A stretch of DNA of 32,000 nucleotides from Vibrio vulnificus CMCP6. Lineage in GTDB: Bacteria > Pseudomonadota > Gammaproteobacteria > Enterobacterales > Vibrionaceae. The notes beneath the pieces were generated by a model that was given only the letters and a program-made list of their open reading frames with translations, did not search any database and was not told where the DNA came from. The DNA lies in contig NC_004459.3 in NCBI RefSeq assembly GCF_000039765.1, positions 1,080,001-1,112,000 of the forward strand. The letters run 5' to 3'. Shown here one piece after another: positions 17,632 through 27,523 of this stretch. The position numbers were made by a program, and so were the translations under genes. Each line of letters starts with the position of its first letter. Position 1 is the stretch's first letter.

Positions 17632-18639
17632 ATGGCTCAACACAATAAGAAACCGCGCACCACTTTGCAGGATGTGGCGGATCAAGTCGGCGTGACCAAG
17701 ATGACGGTATCGCGCTACATGCGCAATCCCGATTCGGTGGCGGAAAAGACCCGCGAGAAAATCGCCACTGCGATTGAACAGATGGGGTACATCGAGAACC
17801 GTGCCCCAGCGATGTTGTCGAAATCCTCTAGCCGAGCAATTGGGATCCTGCTGCCTTCTTTGTCCAACCAAATTTTTGCTTCCTTTGTTCAGGGCATTGA
17901 AACCGTCACCAAAGCGCATGGTTATGAAACCCTCTTGGCGCACTTTAGCTACGATGAGCTGGAAGAGGAGCGCAAAATCGCGTCGCTGCTCTCCTATCAG
18001 GTGGATGGTTTGATTCTAACGGAAAGCCACCACACCGAACGCACGATGCAGATGATCAAAAACGCAGGCATTCCCGTAGTGGAAACCATGGAACTGCCAG
18101 CGCAGCCAATCGATATGGCGGTGGGGTTAGACCACGAAGATGCCTCTTACAGCGTGGTTAAACGCATGTTGGCTTCGGGTAAGCGTACCATTGTGTATTT
18201 TGGTGCACGCTTGGATACGCGTACCAAACTGCGTATGCAAGGCTATGATCGCGCCATGCGTGAAGCTGGCTTAGAGCCGAAACACGTGCTGACGGGCGAA
18301 CACTCCAGTTTCTCGTTGGCGGATGAGCTGTTAGAGCGCGCCTTAGCGACGTATCCAGAGATGGATGGGGTTTTTTGTACCAATGATGACATCGCCATCG
18401 GTACCTTGCTGTGCGCGCAGCAGCGTGGCATTGAGGTGCCGAAGCAACTGGCCATTGTGGGCTACAACGCATTGGATATCGGCCAGACGATTCGTCCGAA
18501 ATTGACCAGTGTCGATACGCCGCGTTTTCAAATTGGTGAGAAAAGTGCCGAGTTGTTGCTGGCCCGTTTGCGCGGTGAAACGTTAGAACAAAATGTGGTG
18601 GATATGGGCTACCGCATTACCGCTGGCGAGAGTGTGTAA
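17632..18639 (+). CDS. gntR: LacI-family gluconate operon repressor GntR
   Basis: N-terminal HTH TTLQDVADQVGVTKMTVSRYMRNPDSVAEKTREKI; LacI/PBP-like effector domain; adjacent to gluconate genes. Internal ATG 17632 preferred over the ORF track start. Confidence 0.92.
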   Translation: MAQHNKKPRTTLQDVADQVGVTKMTVSRYMRNPDSVAEKTREKIATAIEQMGYIENRAPAMLSKSSSRAIGILLPSLSNQIFASFVQGIETVTKAHGYETLLAHFSYDELEEERKIASLLSYQVDGLILTESHHTERTMQMIKNAGIPVVETMELPAQPIDMAVGLDHEDASYSVVKRMLASGKRTIVYFGARLDTRTKLRMQGYDRAMREAGLEPKHVLTGEHSSFSLADELLERALATYPEMDGVFCTNDDIAIGTLLCAQQRGIEVPKQLAIVGYNALDIGQTIRPKLTSVDTPRFQIGEKSAELLLARLRGETLEQNVVDMGYRITAGESV

Positions 18640-18660
18640 CTCAGTCGATGTGATTAAAAG

Positions 18661-18685
18661 CAAGGGCGCGATAAACGCGCCCTTG
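18661..18685. terminator. Bidirectional terminator between convergent gntR and edd
   Basis: Perfect CAAGGGCGCG-ATAAA-CGCGCCCTTG hairpin; U-rich CTTTTAAT tail on the minus strand. Confidence 0.75.
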
Positions 18686-18689
18686 TTGA

Positions 18690-20486
18690 TCAGACGATAA
18701 AACTCGCACCGTGTTCGGCGCTAGACACCGATTGGCGAAGGGTGCTGAACAGATTGCGTCCCCAAGTTTGCTGGCTTGCCTCGGTATCGATTTCAAGCAT
18801 GCAGCGACCTGTGGTGTCGCTGAGGTTGTTTAACTCGCCTGTCTGGCAATCGACACGAATTACATCACCATTACGCACTAAGCCAATCGCGCCGCCACGA
18901 ATCGCTTCTGGAGAGACGTGAATGGCCGATGGGATTTTACCTGAAGCGCCAGACAAACGGCCATCGGTCACCAGCGCCACTTTAAAGCCCGCCTTTTGCA
19001 CATTGCCGAGAATCGGCATCAACTTGTGTAGCTCTGGCATGCCATTGGCAGCTGGGCCATTGTGCGTCACCACCACAATGCAATCTCGGTTGAGCTCACC
19101 ACGTTGGTACGCCGCTTCCACCTCATGTTGGCACTGGAACACCAGCGCTGGCGCTTCAATCACGCGCTGATCTTCTTTCACCGCAGAGACTTTCACCACC
19201 GCTTTGCCCAAATTGCCAGTCAGCACTTTTGTGCCGCCTGTGGATTGGAAAACACAGCATTTGTCGGCGATCACATGGCTATCGAAGGTGCCCTCACATG
19301 GTGTCCAAACGAGCTTGCCGTCGACAAGGCTTGGTAGGCTCATTTGGTCGTCGAACTCGCCAAACACTGGCTTGACGTCACGATGCAGCAGAGCCGATTC
19401 ATTGAGACGATGCAGCAGCGCAGGCACGCCACCCGCTTGTTGGAAGGCGTTCATGTCAGCGGGGCCGTTCGGGTATACGCGTGCTAGCAGCGGTACCACG
19501 TCAGAAAGATCACTGATGTCTTGCCAAGTGAGCTCAATACCCGCAGCGCGCGCCACAGCCAACATGTGAATGGTGTGGTTGGTGCTGCCACCGGAAGCAA
19601 GTAGGGCAATGATGCCGTTGATCAGGCTCTTTTCAGTGACCACTTCAGCCAGTGAGCGGAAGTGAGCCGAGCTGGCGGTCATGGCCGCCATTTTGATCGC
19701 CGCGTGTTCAGTGAGCGCGTGTCGGAGCTCGGAGTTTGGATGGATAAACGCTGAGCCGGGTAACATCAATCCCATCGCCTCAAACACCAGTTGGTTGGTG
19801 TTGGCGGTGCCGTAGAAGGTGCACGTGCCAACGGAGTGGTACGCGCGACACTCCATATCAAGCAACGCGTCTTTGCCCACTTCGCCCGCCGCGTATTTTT
19901 GGCGAACATCGACTTTTTCTTCATTGCTGATGCCAGTCGCCATGAGACCCGCTGGCACAAATGCGGTAGGCAGGTGTGCGTAAGACAGTGCACCCATCAG
20001 TTGCCCTGGGGCGATTTTGTCGCAAATGCCGAGCAGCAAGGTGGCATCAAACACATTGTGGCTCAAAGAGAGGGCTGTGGACTGTGCAATCAGATCACGA
20101 GAAAACAGCGACATATCCATGCCCGCTTGGCCTTGAGTGACACCATCGCACATCGCAGGGACACAGCCAGCGACCTGAGCAGTATGGCCATACTCTGCCA
20201 GTGCGCGCTTAATTTGCTCTGGGTAGTGCTGGTAAGGCTGGTGGGCGCTGAGCATGTCGTTGTAGGCGCTGATCAGCGCCACATTGGCATGAGTAAAATC
20301 GAGGATGTTTTTCTTTTCTGCTGAACAAGACGCCGCCACCGCGTGCGCTAAGTTGCCACACGATAAACCAACACGTCCTTTGCCCGCTTTGGCTTGCTCT
20401 TCGGTGCGTGCAACAAACGCCGCACGTGTTGCCTGGCTGCGTTCCACCAAGCGCTGAGTGACCTCTAAAATGATGGGATGGGTCAT
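18690..20486 (-). CDS. edd: Phosphogluconate dehydratase
   Basis: 598 aa; IlvD/Edd family motifs [53 protein letters not shown]. Confidence 0.96.
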   Translation of the reverse strand: MTHPIILEVTQRLVERSQATRAAFVARTEEQAKAGKGRVGLSCGNLAHAVAASCSAEKKNILDFTHANVALISAYNDMLSAHQPYQHYPEQIKRALAEYGHTAQVAGCVPAMCDGVTQGQAGMDMSLFSRDLIAQSTALSLSHNVFDATLLLGICDKIAPGQLMGALSYAHLPTAFVPAGLMATGISNEEKVDVRQKYAAGEVGKDALLDMECRAYHSVGTCTFYGTANTNQLVFEAMGLMLPGSAFIHPNSELRHALTEHAAIKMAAMTASSAHFRSLAEVVTEKSLINGIIALLASGGSTNHTIHMLAVARAAGIELTWQDISDLSDVVPLLARVYPNGPADMNAFQQAGGVPALLHRLNESALLHRDVKPVFGEFDDQMSLPSLVDGKLVWTPCEGTFDSHVIADKCCVFQSTGGTKVLTGNLGKAVVKVSAVKEDQRVIEAPALVFQCQHEVEAAYQRGELNRDCIVVVTHNGPAANGMPELHKLMPILGNVQKAGFKVALVTDGRLSGASGKIPSAIHVSPEAIRGGAIGLVRNGDVIRVDCQTGELNNLSDTTGRCMLEIDTEASQQTWGRNLFSTLRQSVSSAEHGASFIV

Positions 20487-21004
20487 GCTTGTGCCTCATC
20501 TTGCTCTAGAATTAACTCGGCCGCGTTGGTGACAACCTCTTCGATAGTGGTATCAATGCTCACCAATAGAGTGCGAGGTTCACCATCGGGGCGCTCAAGT
20601 GTTTCAAACTGGCTATTGACCATGTTCTCTTTCATGAAGTGGCCTTGACGCTGGCGCATGCGCTCAAGAATGAGTGACTTATCGCCATCAAGGAACAAGA
20701 AGGTGACATTGTTGTTGCCGTCGCGGATTTGATCGCGGTAGCTCTTTTTCAGCGCTGAGCAGACGATAATGCCGTGCTCATTTTTGCTTTCAAGGCTATA
20801 CGCCGCATCACGAATACGCTCCAGCCACGGCTTGCGGTCGTCATCGTTCAGTGGCTGGCCAGAGGCCATTTTCTGAATGTTGGCGCGTGGATGGAGATCG
20901 TCACCATCAATGAATTTACGCCCCAGCTTTTCTGCCAACAGCTCACCAATTGTGGTCTTTCCGCTTGCGCAGACACCCATCACAATGACACTACTACCCG
21001 CCAT
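20483..21004 (-). CDS. gntK: Gluconokinase
   Basis: P-loop GVCASGKTTIGELLAEKLGRKFIDGDDLHP and VCSALKKSYRDQIR; ATGA overlap with edd. Confidence 0.95.
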   Translation of the reverse strand: MAGSSVIVMGVCASGKTTIGELLAEKLGRKFIDGDDLHPRANIQKMASGQPLNDDDRKPWLERIRDAAYSLESKNEHGIIVCSALKKSYRDQIRDGNNNVTFLFLDGDKSLILERMRQRQGHFMKENMVNSQFETLERPDGEPRTLLVSIDTTIEEVVTNAAELILEQDEAQA

Positions 21005-21079
21005 AACTTGTCCTCATAACTAAACTTGCGCGTGATCTCAAATTTGAAATTCACTTTGAAATATGGGTTTATCTTATTC

Positions 21080-21109
21080 ATGTTATCGGTAACATGTTAC
21101 CGGTAACGT
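21080..21109. promoter_or_regulatory. Two tandem, 2-bp-overlapping GntR operators between gntK and gntP
   Basis: ATGTTATCGGTAACAT (21080-21095) and ATGTTACCGGTAACGT (21094-21109). Confidence 0.88.
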
Positions 21110-21116
21110 AAATAAA

Positions 21117-21132
21117 TGTGAACCACAACACA
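21117..21132. promoter_or_regulatory. Possible CRP-binding site upstream of gntP
   Basis: TGTGA-ACCACA-ACACA matches TGTGA-N6-TCACA at 9 of 10 positions, with AAA directly before it. Confidence 0.45.
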
Positions 21133-21156
21133 AACAATAATTCGAAAGGTGAAATT

Positions 21157-22533
21157 ATGGAGCAATTAGCCCACACCCCTGATCCTACATATCTTTTAAC
21201 CATAGCAGCGCTGGCGATTGCGGCGTTGCTCGTGCTGATCATCAAACTCAAAGTGCATGCTTTTGCCTCACTGACCATTGTCAGTTTAGGCACCGCCATT
21301 GCCACAGGCGTGACCTCGGACAAAGTGGTGCCCACCATGATGGGTGGCTTTGGCGGCACGCTCGCCTCTGTTGCACTGTTGGTCGGCCTTGGCGCCATGA
21401 TTGGTAAAATTTTGGAAGTGACAGGCGGGGCCAAAGTGCTGGCCGACACGCTGATTGGTCGCTTTGGTAAAGATCGCGCCCCGTTCGCGCTGGGTATTGC
21501 GTCGCTGCTGTTTGGTTTCCCAATCTTCTTTGATGCCGGCCTTGTGGTGATGATGCCTATCATCTTTAGCGTGGCGAAACGCTTTGGTGGCTCGCCAATC
21601 AAATACGCCTTACCGTCTGCGGGTGCGTTTGCGGTGATGCACGCCTTTGTGCCTCCCCATCCGGGCCCGGTGGCGGCAGCGGAATTTTTGGGTGCCAACA
21701 TCGGTTTGCTGCTGGTTGTGGGTATCCTGGTTGCGATTCCAACTTGGTATCTTGGCGCGTACCTATTTGGTTTGTACGCGGGTAAGAAATTCGACATCCC
21801 ACTTTCTAAAGCATTTTTTAACAGCGATGCGATTGTCGATGAAAGCAAATTGCCAAAATTTGCCACAGTAATGACCATCTTAGTGCTGCCCGTATTACTG
21901 ATCTGCTTGGATACCGGCCTAAACACGCTGGCAGTAGCGGGGGTGATTGATGGTAAAACACCGTTGGTGGAATTCCTTCGCATGCTAGGTAAAACGCCAG
22001 TCGCGCTTCTTATTACCTTGATCGTGTGCTTGGTGGTGTTTGCCAAAGATTACGGCATGGCTAAACTTGAAAAATTGTGTGGCGACTCACTGGCTCCGAT
22101 CTGTGGCGTTATCCTCGTTACTGGTGCGGGCGGCATGTTTGGTGGCGTATTGCGCGCCAGCGGCATTGGTAATGCCTTGGCCGATGTATTGACCGACACA
22201 GGCATGCCAGTGATTGTGGCTGCGTTTGTGATTTCAACCTGTTTGCGTGTGGCGCAAGGTTCTGCCACCGTGGCACTGACGACCACCGCTGCGCTGATTG
22301 CCCCGGTTGTGGCGGCAACCACAGGTTTGAGTGAGTTAGACCTCTGCTTTATCGTGATTGCTATCGCAGGCGGTGCAACGGTACTTTCTCACTTTAACGA
22401 TTCTGGTTTCTGGCTGGTCTCTCGTCTGCTTGAGATGGATGAGAAAACCACGCTGAAAACTTGGACGGTAATGGAAACCTTGCTTGGTGGTATTGCTTTC
22501 CTTATCGTCGCTGTATTGAGCTTTATTCTTTAG
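21157..22533 (+). CDS. Gluconate permease, GntP family
   Basis: 458 aa polytopic; GPVAAAEFLGANIG, GGMFGGVLRASGIG, VALTTTAALIAPVV, and HFNDSGFWLVSRLLEMDEKTTLKTWTVMETL typical of GntP/GntT. ATG 21157 with AAAGGTG RBS preferred over GTG 21118. Confidence 0.94.
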   Translation: MEQLAHTPDPTYLLTIAALAIAALLVLIIKLKVHAFASLTIVSLGTAIATGVTSDKVVPTMMGGFGGTLASVALLVGLGAMIGKILEVTGGAKVLADTLIGRFGKDRAPFALGIASLLFGFPIFFDAGLVVMMPIIFSVAKRFGGSPIKYALPSAGAFAVMHAFVPPHPGPVAAAEFLGANIGLLLVVGILVAIPTWYLGAYLFGLYAGKKFDIPLSKAFFNSDAIVDESKLPKFATVMTILVLPVLLICLDTGLNTLAVAGVIDGKTPLVEFLRMLGKTPVALLITLIVCLVVFAKDYGMAKLEKLCGDSLAPICGVILVTGAGGMFGGVLRASGIGNALADVLTDTGMPVIVAAFVISTCLRVAQGSATVALTTTAALIAPVVAATTGLSELDLCFIVIAIAGGATVLSHFNDSGFWLVSRLLEMDEKTTLKTWTVMETLLGGIAFLIVAVLSFIL

Positions 22534-22542
22534 AGGTTATCT

Positions 22543-23154
22543 ATGACAACACTTGAACAACGATTAAGAGAGATCAAAATCGTCCCAGTTATCGCTATCA
22601 ACGATGTAGCACATGCCTTGCCATTGGCAAAAGTGTTGGTAGAAAACGGTTTGCCCTGTGCGGAAGTGACATTCCGCACTGAAGCGGCGGCGGAATCCAT
22701 TCGCATCATGCGCGAAGCCTACCCTGATTTGTTGATTGGTGCGGGCACGGTATTAACCACAGAACAAGTGGACATCGCCATCGAAGCGGGCGTGGATTTC
22801 ATCGTCAGCCCAGGCTTTAACCCAACCACAGTGAAATACTGTCAGCAACGCGGCGTGACCATTGTACCGGGCGTTAACAACCCAAGCTTGGTTGAGCAAG
22901 CGATGGAAATGGGTTTGCGCACCCTGAAGTTCTTCCCTGCTGAGCCATCAGGCGGCGTCAACATGCTTAAAGCGCTGACGGCGGTTTACCCAGTGGAATT
23001 CATGCCAACAGGTGGCGTGAGCCCATCTAACGTGGAAGATTATCTCGCGCTGAAATCGGTTGTCGCGTGTGGCGGTACTTGGATGGTACCAACCGCCATG
23101 ATGGACAGCGGCGATTGGGAAGGCATTGCCGAACTGGTTCGTGCGGTGAAGTAA
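22543..23154 (+). CDS. eda: KDPG/KHG aldolase
   Basis: 203 aa; VIAINDVAHALPLAKVLVENGLPCAEVTFRTEAA, FIVSPGFNPTTVKYC, LKFFPAEPSGGVNMLKAL, MPTGGV. Confidence 0.96.
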   Translation: MTTLEQRLREIKIVPVIAINDVAHALPLAKVLVENGLPCAEVTFRTEAAAESIRIMREAYPDLLIGAGTVLTTEQVDIAIEAGVDFIVSPGFNPTTVKYCQQRGVTIVPGVNNPSLVEQAMEMGLRTLKFFPAEPSGGVNMLKALTAVYPVEFMPTGGVSPSNVEDYLALKSVVACGGTWMVPTAMMDSGDWEGIAELVRAVK

Positions 23155-23172
23155 AACACGATTTTTGCACAG

Positions 23173-23215
23173 CAATAAGGCTATAAATTAAATTGATAGC
23201 CTTATTGTTTGATTT
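23173..23215 (+). terminator. Rho-independent terminator of gntP-eda
   Basis: Perfect 12 bp stem CAATAAGGCTAT ... ATAGCCTTATTG followed by TTTGATTTTT. Confidence 0.88.
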
Positions 23216-23422
23216 TTAAGTAGTTATCCGTTCAAGCTTTATATTTTTTATTGTTAATAAAGCACTATTTACATAAGTATCATGAATGTTTTTATATTTT
23301 TTGAAGTTGATTCTAAAGTATAAAAATTATAAGTTTTTTTAATATATTCTATTGTTTAATTGTTTTGTTACTAATTTTATTCATATATCTTCAGGTTATA
23401 TTTGTAACTGGATGAGCTCTGA

Positions 23423-24220
23423 ATGAATAAGTTGGTAATTAAAGGTAGTGTCGGAATTGATGGTTGTAATAATGTCAATGATATTATTAGTGTGCAGAAG
23501 GCGATAAATACTCTGTCTAAGAAATATTTTCAAATACAACCGTTGAAAGTCGATGGAAGTTTGGGACGTAAGCCTGAAAAATCTAAAACTGTTATTCAAA
23601 TTAATAATGTTCAAAAACATATTGTTAATATGATAAGAACAGATGGCAGAATAGATCCCAATGGAACATCAAATAAAAAGATAAATTTAGCATTGAACAG
23701 AATAGTTAGTATAGAAAGCCAATCTGTTCCTATCCTAACTAATGCTTCTTTTCCATTGGAACAAGTGCCAACAGAGAGCTATACCGTTGCTCCTAGAAGT
23801 TTTGGTTCTAATCGAGGTGCTAGGAAGCATGCTGGCTGTGACTTGTACGCTAAAGAGGGTAGTCGAGTCTTTGCAATGGCGGATGGTGAGATTATGAAGT
23901 TCTATGAATTTTATGGTGGTACCTATGCGTTGGAAGTTAAGCACGGAAAGGCTGTAGTGCGTTATGGTGAGATATCTGGTCGATTGCCTGATGGGGTATC
24001 TATTGGAGCCAAGATTCAACAAGGACAACATATTGCCTATGTTGGGAAAGTGGTCTTAAAAAGCGGGTGGACAGGTGAAATGCTGCATTTAGAGATCTAT
24101 GATGGAAGTGCTACTGGTATTTTAAGAGCTCCTTTATCAGAAAGCCCTTACCAAAGAAGGAAAGATCTCATAAACCCAACGGATATTTTGAATATGGCTC
24201 AAAAAAGGTTACCAAGCTAA
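23423..24220 (+). CDS. M23-like peptidase with N-terminal peptidoglycan-binding-like region, no signal peptide (candidate peptidoglycan-targeting effector)
   Basis: N-terminal KGSVGIDGCNNVNDIISVQKAINTL...LKVDGSLG; C-terminal M23-like HAGCDLYAKEGSRVFAMADGEI...GAKIQQGQHIAYVG...EMLHLEIYDG. Confidence 0.8.
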   Translation: MNKLVIKGSVGIDGCNNVNDIISVQKAINTLSKKYFQIQPLKVDGSLGRKPEKSKTVIQINNVQKHIVNMIRTDGRIDPNGTSNKKINLALNRIVSIESQSVPILTNASFPLEQVPTESYTVAPRSFGSNRGARKHAGCDLYAKEGSRVFAMADGEIMKFYEFYGGTYALEVKHGKAVVRYGEISGRLPDGVSIGAKIQQGQHIAYVGKVVLKSGWTGEMLHLEIYDGSATGILRAPLSESPYQRRKDLINPTDILNMAQKRLPS

Positions 24221-24750
24221 TGAAGTCAGTATTTTTTCTGTGTGGTTTTGCATTGTGTTTTAGCCAAGCATCTTTTTCTAAAGATAACTTTCTGAGAAAT
24301 GAATACAACTTGGGTGAGATATTAGACGCAATTAAATTTGATGCAAATAATGATTCGATCGAGGATTTTATTTTAGCAGCAAACCAAATCACGGTTGAGA
24401 ACAGTGATCAGACGTATGTCATTACTTCAAATCTAGATGAGATACAATGCAAAGCTCATGTTAACTCTGACCAAAAAGAAACTAAGTTGCTGATTTTACA
24501 TGGCCAGTCAAGAGAAGTGCATCGTCTTTCCCAGGCTCATTTGATCCTGCCCTGTGTGGGCGATTTTCATGGCGTAAAATATGGCATGTCATTTATTTCT
24601 CAACAGGCGTTATCGAAAAGTTTGGGGTATGATTTGGTTTCTGACCCCAACCAGATGCTCGTGGTAATACCAACAGAAGCTGGAATCGATACATACTTAT
24701 ATTGGACAGGGGAACGCTATCAGCTCTTTTATCCCCCAGAAGAACCCTAA
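24220..24750 (+). CDS. Small exported protein translationally coupled to the M23-like gene (candidate immunity protein)
   Basis: Signal peptide MKSVFFLCGFALCFSQASFS; TAATG 1-nt overlap with the upstream stop; no family recognised. Confidence 0.7.
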   Translation: MKSVFFLCGFALCFSQASFSKDNFLRNEYNLGEILDAIKFDANNDSIEDFILAANQITVENSDQTYVITSNLDEIQCKAHVNSDQKETKLLILHGQSREVHRLSQAHLILPCVGDFHGVKYGMSFISQQALSKSLGYDLVSDPNQMLVVIPTEAGIDTYLYWTGERYQLFYPPEEP

Positions 24751-24780
24751 AAGAAGGCCATCGTTTGATGGCTTTCTTTT
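24751..24780 (+). terminator. Terminator after the M23/partner cassette
   Basis: AAGAAGGCCATC-GTTT-GATGGCTTTCTT stem (12 bp, one G.U) followed by TT. Confidence 0.75.
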
Positions 24781-24864
24781 ATACTGGCTAACCCTTAGTT
24801 TTACCCGCCGTTGTTCTTTATGAAAATGGATCTCCGTGTTTCATTTTAGCCGCCCCAATAAAAA

Positions 24865-24887
24865 ATGGCCGCCAAAAAGGCCGCCAT
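24865..24887 (-). terminator. Terminator of gor
   Basis: Plus-strand ATGGC-C-GCC-AAAAA-GGC-C-GCCAT (one internal mismatch); the minus transcript continues into TTTTTATT. Confidence 0.65.
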
Positions 24888-24917
24888 CTTACTTTGATTG
24901 TCACTGTGCTTCGCGCC

Positions 24918-26273
24918 TTAGCGCATGGTAACGAATTCTTCCGAACCGGTTGGGTGGATAGCCACAACCGAGTCGAAATCGGCTTTGGTTGCACCCATCT
25001 TCATCGCGACACCGAAACCTTGAATCATTTCGTCCACCGCGAAACCGATGCCGTGCAGGCCAACCACTTTCTCATCTTCACCCGCACATACGAGCTTCAT
25101 CTTGCATGGCTGACGGTGTTGGGTCACGGCGGTGTACATCGCAGTAAAGCCTGATGTGTACACTTTCACGTTCTCTTCACCATATTGAGCGATCGCTTCT
25201 GGCTCAGAAAGACCAATGGTGCCGATAGGTGGGTGGCTGAACACGACAGTTGGGACCAAGTCATAGTCCATCTTCGCGTTGGGTTTGTTGTTGAACAGGC
25301 GCTCAGAAAGCTGACGACCCGCTTTCACCGCAACAGGTGTGAGCTCGATACCGCCTTCCATAATGTCACCCACACAGTAGATGCCAGCAACGTTGGTTGC
25401 TTGGAACTCATCGACTTTGATGTAGCCGCGCTCGTTGGTTGCTACGCCGGTTGCGCTCAGGTTGATGGCATCAGTCGCTGGGTGACGGCCGATTGCCCAG
25501 ATAAGCTGATCAACGTTTTGGCTTTCACCGTTTTCTAGATGAAGCGTTAGGCTGCCATCGGCTTCTTTGACCACTTCTTTTGGTACCGAGTGGGTGTGCA
25601 GTGTTGGGCCTTCTGCCGCCATCACTTCCACTAAGGTGTCGATGATCATTGGGTCAAAGCTGCGCAGTGGCGACTCTTTACGGCAGAACAGATGGGTTTC
25701 TGTACCAAGGGCGTTGAGCACGCCAGCGATTTCCACCGCAATGTAACCCGCGCCAACGACAGCAACACGTTTTGGTTGCTCTGCAAGGTCGAAGAAGCCG
25801 TTTGAATCGATGCCGTATTCCGCGCCAGGGATGTTTGGAATGGTCGGGCGGCCACCCACAGCGATCAGAATGTGATCGGCGGTGTAGTGCTCACCGTTTA
25901 CTTCCACGGTTTTCTCATCGACAAACTTAGCGAAGCCTTTAATCACGTTGACTTTGTTGTTGCCTAGCACGCGATCGTAAGATTGGTGGATGCGGCCAAT
26001 GTACGCTTGGCGGCTCTCAACCAGTTTGCTCCAGTCGAAGCCTTTCACTTCCACATCAAAGCCGTAGTCAGGAGCGTATAGGCTCATCGCTTCTGCGATC
26101 TGCGCGCCATGCCACATCACTTTTTTCGGTACACAACCAACGTTCACACAAGTGCCGCCGAGATCTTTTGCTTCGATCAGCGCCACTTTCGCGCCATACA
26201 TCGCCGCACGGTTTGCTGAAGCGATGCCGCCACTGCCGCCGCCGATACAGATATAGTCAAAATGCGTTGCCAT
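24918..26273 (-). CDS. gor: Glutathione-disulfide reductase
   Basis: 451 aa; FAD motif [14 protein letters not shown], redox-active [16 protein letters not shown](P)-binding [12 protein letters not shown]-terminal [15 protein letters not shown]. Confidence 0.96.
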   Translation of the reverse strand: MATHFDYICIGGGSGGIASANRAAMYGAKVALIEAKDLGGTCVNVGCVPKKVMWHGAQIAEAMSLYAPDYGFDVEVKGFDWSKLVESRQAYIGRIHQSYDRVLGNNKVNVIKGFAKFVDEKTVEVNGEHYTADHILIAVGGRPTIPNIPGAEYGIDSNGFFDLAEQPKRVAVVGAGYIAVEIAGVLNALGTETHLFCRKESPLRSFDPMIIDTLVEVMAAEGPTLHTHSVPKEVVKEADGSLTLHLENGESQNVDQLIWAIGRHPATDAINLSATGVATNERGYIKVDEFQATNVAGIYCVGDIMEGGIELTPVAVKAGRQLSERLFNNKPNAKMDYDLVPTVVFSHPPIGTIGLSEPEAIAQYGEENVKVYTSGFTAMYTAVTQHRQPCKMKLVCAGEDEKVVGLHGIGFAVDEMIQGFGVAMKMGATKADFDSVVAIHPTGSEEFVTMR

Positions 26274-26410
26274 TACTTTCTCCTGTCTGGCAGGGGCGAT
26301 TTACTCGCGTGCTCCCTGCGTATTTTTCATTCATTTCATTTTTATATGGAGGACAGATTGGTTGAACTCAATCTGTCGTACGGAAATTCTTTGGGTGTTG
26401 CGTCTCTCTT

Positions 26411-27250
26411 TTACTCAGGAACGATCCACTCTACCTTCCAATGACCGGTTGCCGGCGCAATTGCTTCCTTAAGGAAAGGCAAAATTTGTTGCATCTGGCT
26501 TTCTAGTTTCCAAGGTGGGTTAATCACAATCATGCCTGAAGCGGTCATGCCGCGCTCGTTGGTATCCGGTGACACGCCCAGCTCAATTTGCAGAATCTTG
26601 CGAATGCCTAGTCCTTCCAGCCCTTCTAACATGTCGTCGATGTCGCAGCGGTTGACCACAGGGTACCAAATCGCGTAGATGCCAGTTGCCCAGCGTTTGT
26701 GGCTTTGATAAATCGCTTGCACCACATCACGGTACTCTTTGGCCAACTCGTAAGGTGGGTCAATCAACACGAGACCACGGCGCTCTTGCGGTGGCAAGCT
26801 GGCTTTGAGGCGTTGAAAGCCGTCTTCTTTGTAAATGCTGACTTGGCGATCGCGGTGAAACTCTTGTTCCAGTAGCGGGTAATCGCTTGGATGGAGCTCT
26901 GTCAGAACCATGCGGTCTTGATCGCGCAATTGAGCACGTGCGACGCGTGGTGAGCCAGGGTAGTAACGCAGTTTATCGCCATTGTTGAGGGCTTTGATCG
27001 AATCGATATAGCTGGCGATGTCGGCAGGCAGATCGCTGCGATCCCAAATACGCGCGACGCCTTGTTTGTATTCGCCCGTTTTCTCTGACCATTCGTGGGT
27101 CAAATCGTAACGGCCAACGCCCGAATGAGTGTCATGGTAGACGAAGGGTTTGTCTTTTTGTTTTAGCGAGTCCAGAATCAAGCTCTGAACAATGTGTTTT
27201 ACCACGTCGGCATGGTTGCCGGCATGAAAGCTATGACGATAACTTAGCAA
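26411..27250 (-). CDS. rlmJ: 23S rRNA (adenine2030-N6)-methyltransferase RlmJ
   Basis: MLSYRHSFHAGNHADVVKH N-terminus and the G-x-V-L-I-DPPYE motif. TTG start in this frame. Confidence 0.94.
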   Translation of the reverse strand: MLSYRHSFHAGNHADVVKHIVQSLILDSLKQKDKPFVYHDTHSGVGRYDLTHEWSEKTGEYKQGVARIWDRSDLPADIASYIDSIKALNNGDKLRYYPGSPRVARAQLRDQDRMVLTELHPSDYPLLEQEFHRDRQVSIYKEDGFQRLKASLPPQERRGLVLIDPPYELAKEYRDVVQAIYQSHKRWATGIYAIWYPVVNRCDIDDMLEGLEGLGIRKILQIELGVSPDTNERGMTASGMIVINPPWKLESQMQQILPFLKEAIAPATGHWKVEWIVPE

Positions 27251-27523
27251 AATTCACTCTCGTAACACTCTTGGTAGAGTGTGGTCAGGGATTAATAGGG
27301 CGATTATATACCCAACTGACGCCGATGTTCAGGATTCTCTCTGAGTCACAAAAAAGTTAATCGTCAATTCGTATTGAAATGTGAACCTTTAACCCTCATT
27401 TAGTATCAAAATGTAAGACCAATTGGCGACAGTCGAGGAAAATCGCGTATTATTATTGTGAATAAGCGAGCCATCGATGGACAGTTGGCCACGATACTGA
27501 AGAGTCAAACAAAAGGAATTTAT

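Noticed and set aside
19062-20499. ORFs antisense to edd (19062-19337, 19204-19569, 19791-20324 +; 20209-20499 - in another frame)
   Set aside because: Shadow frames of the highly conserved edd coding sequence.
21078-22046. 322 aa minus-strand ORF opposite gntP, appearing long enough to be a gene
   Set aside because: It is low-complexity, Ala/Thr/Pro/Ser/Asn-rich, covers the GntR operator region, and lies opposite an unambiguous GntP permease.
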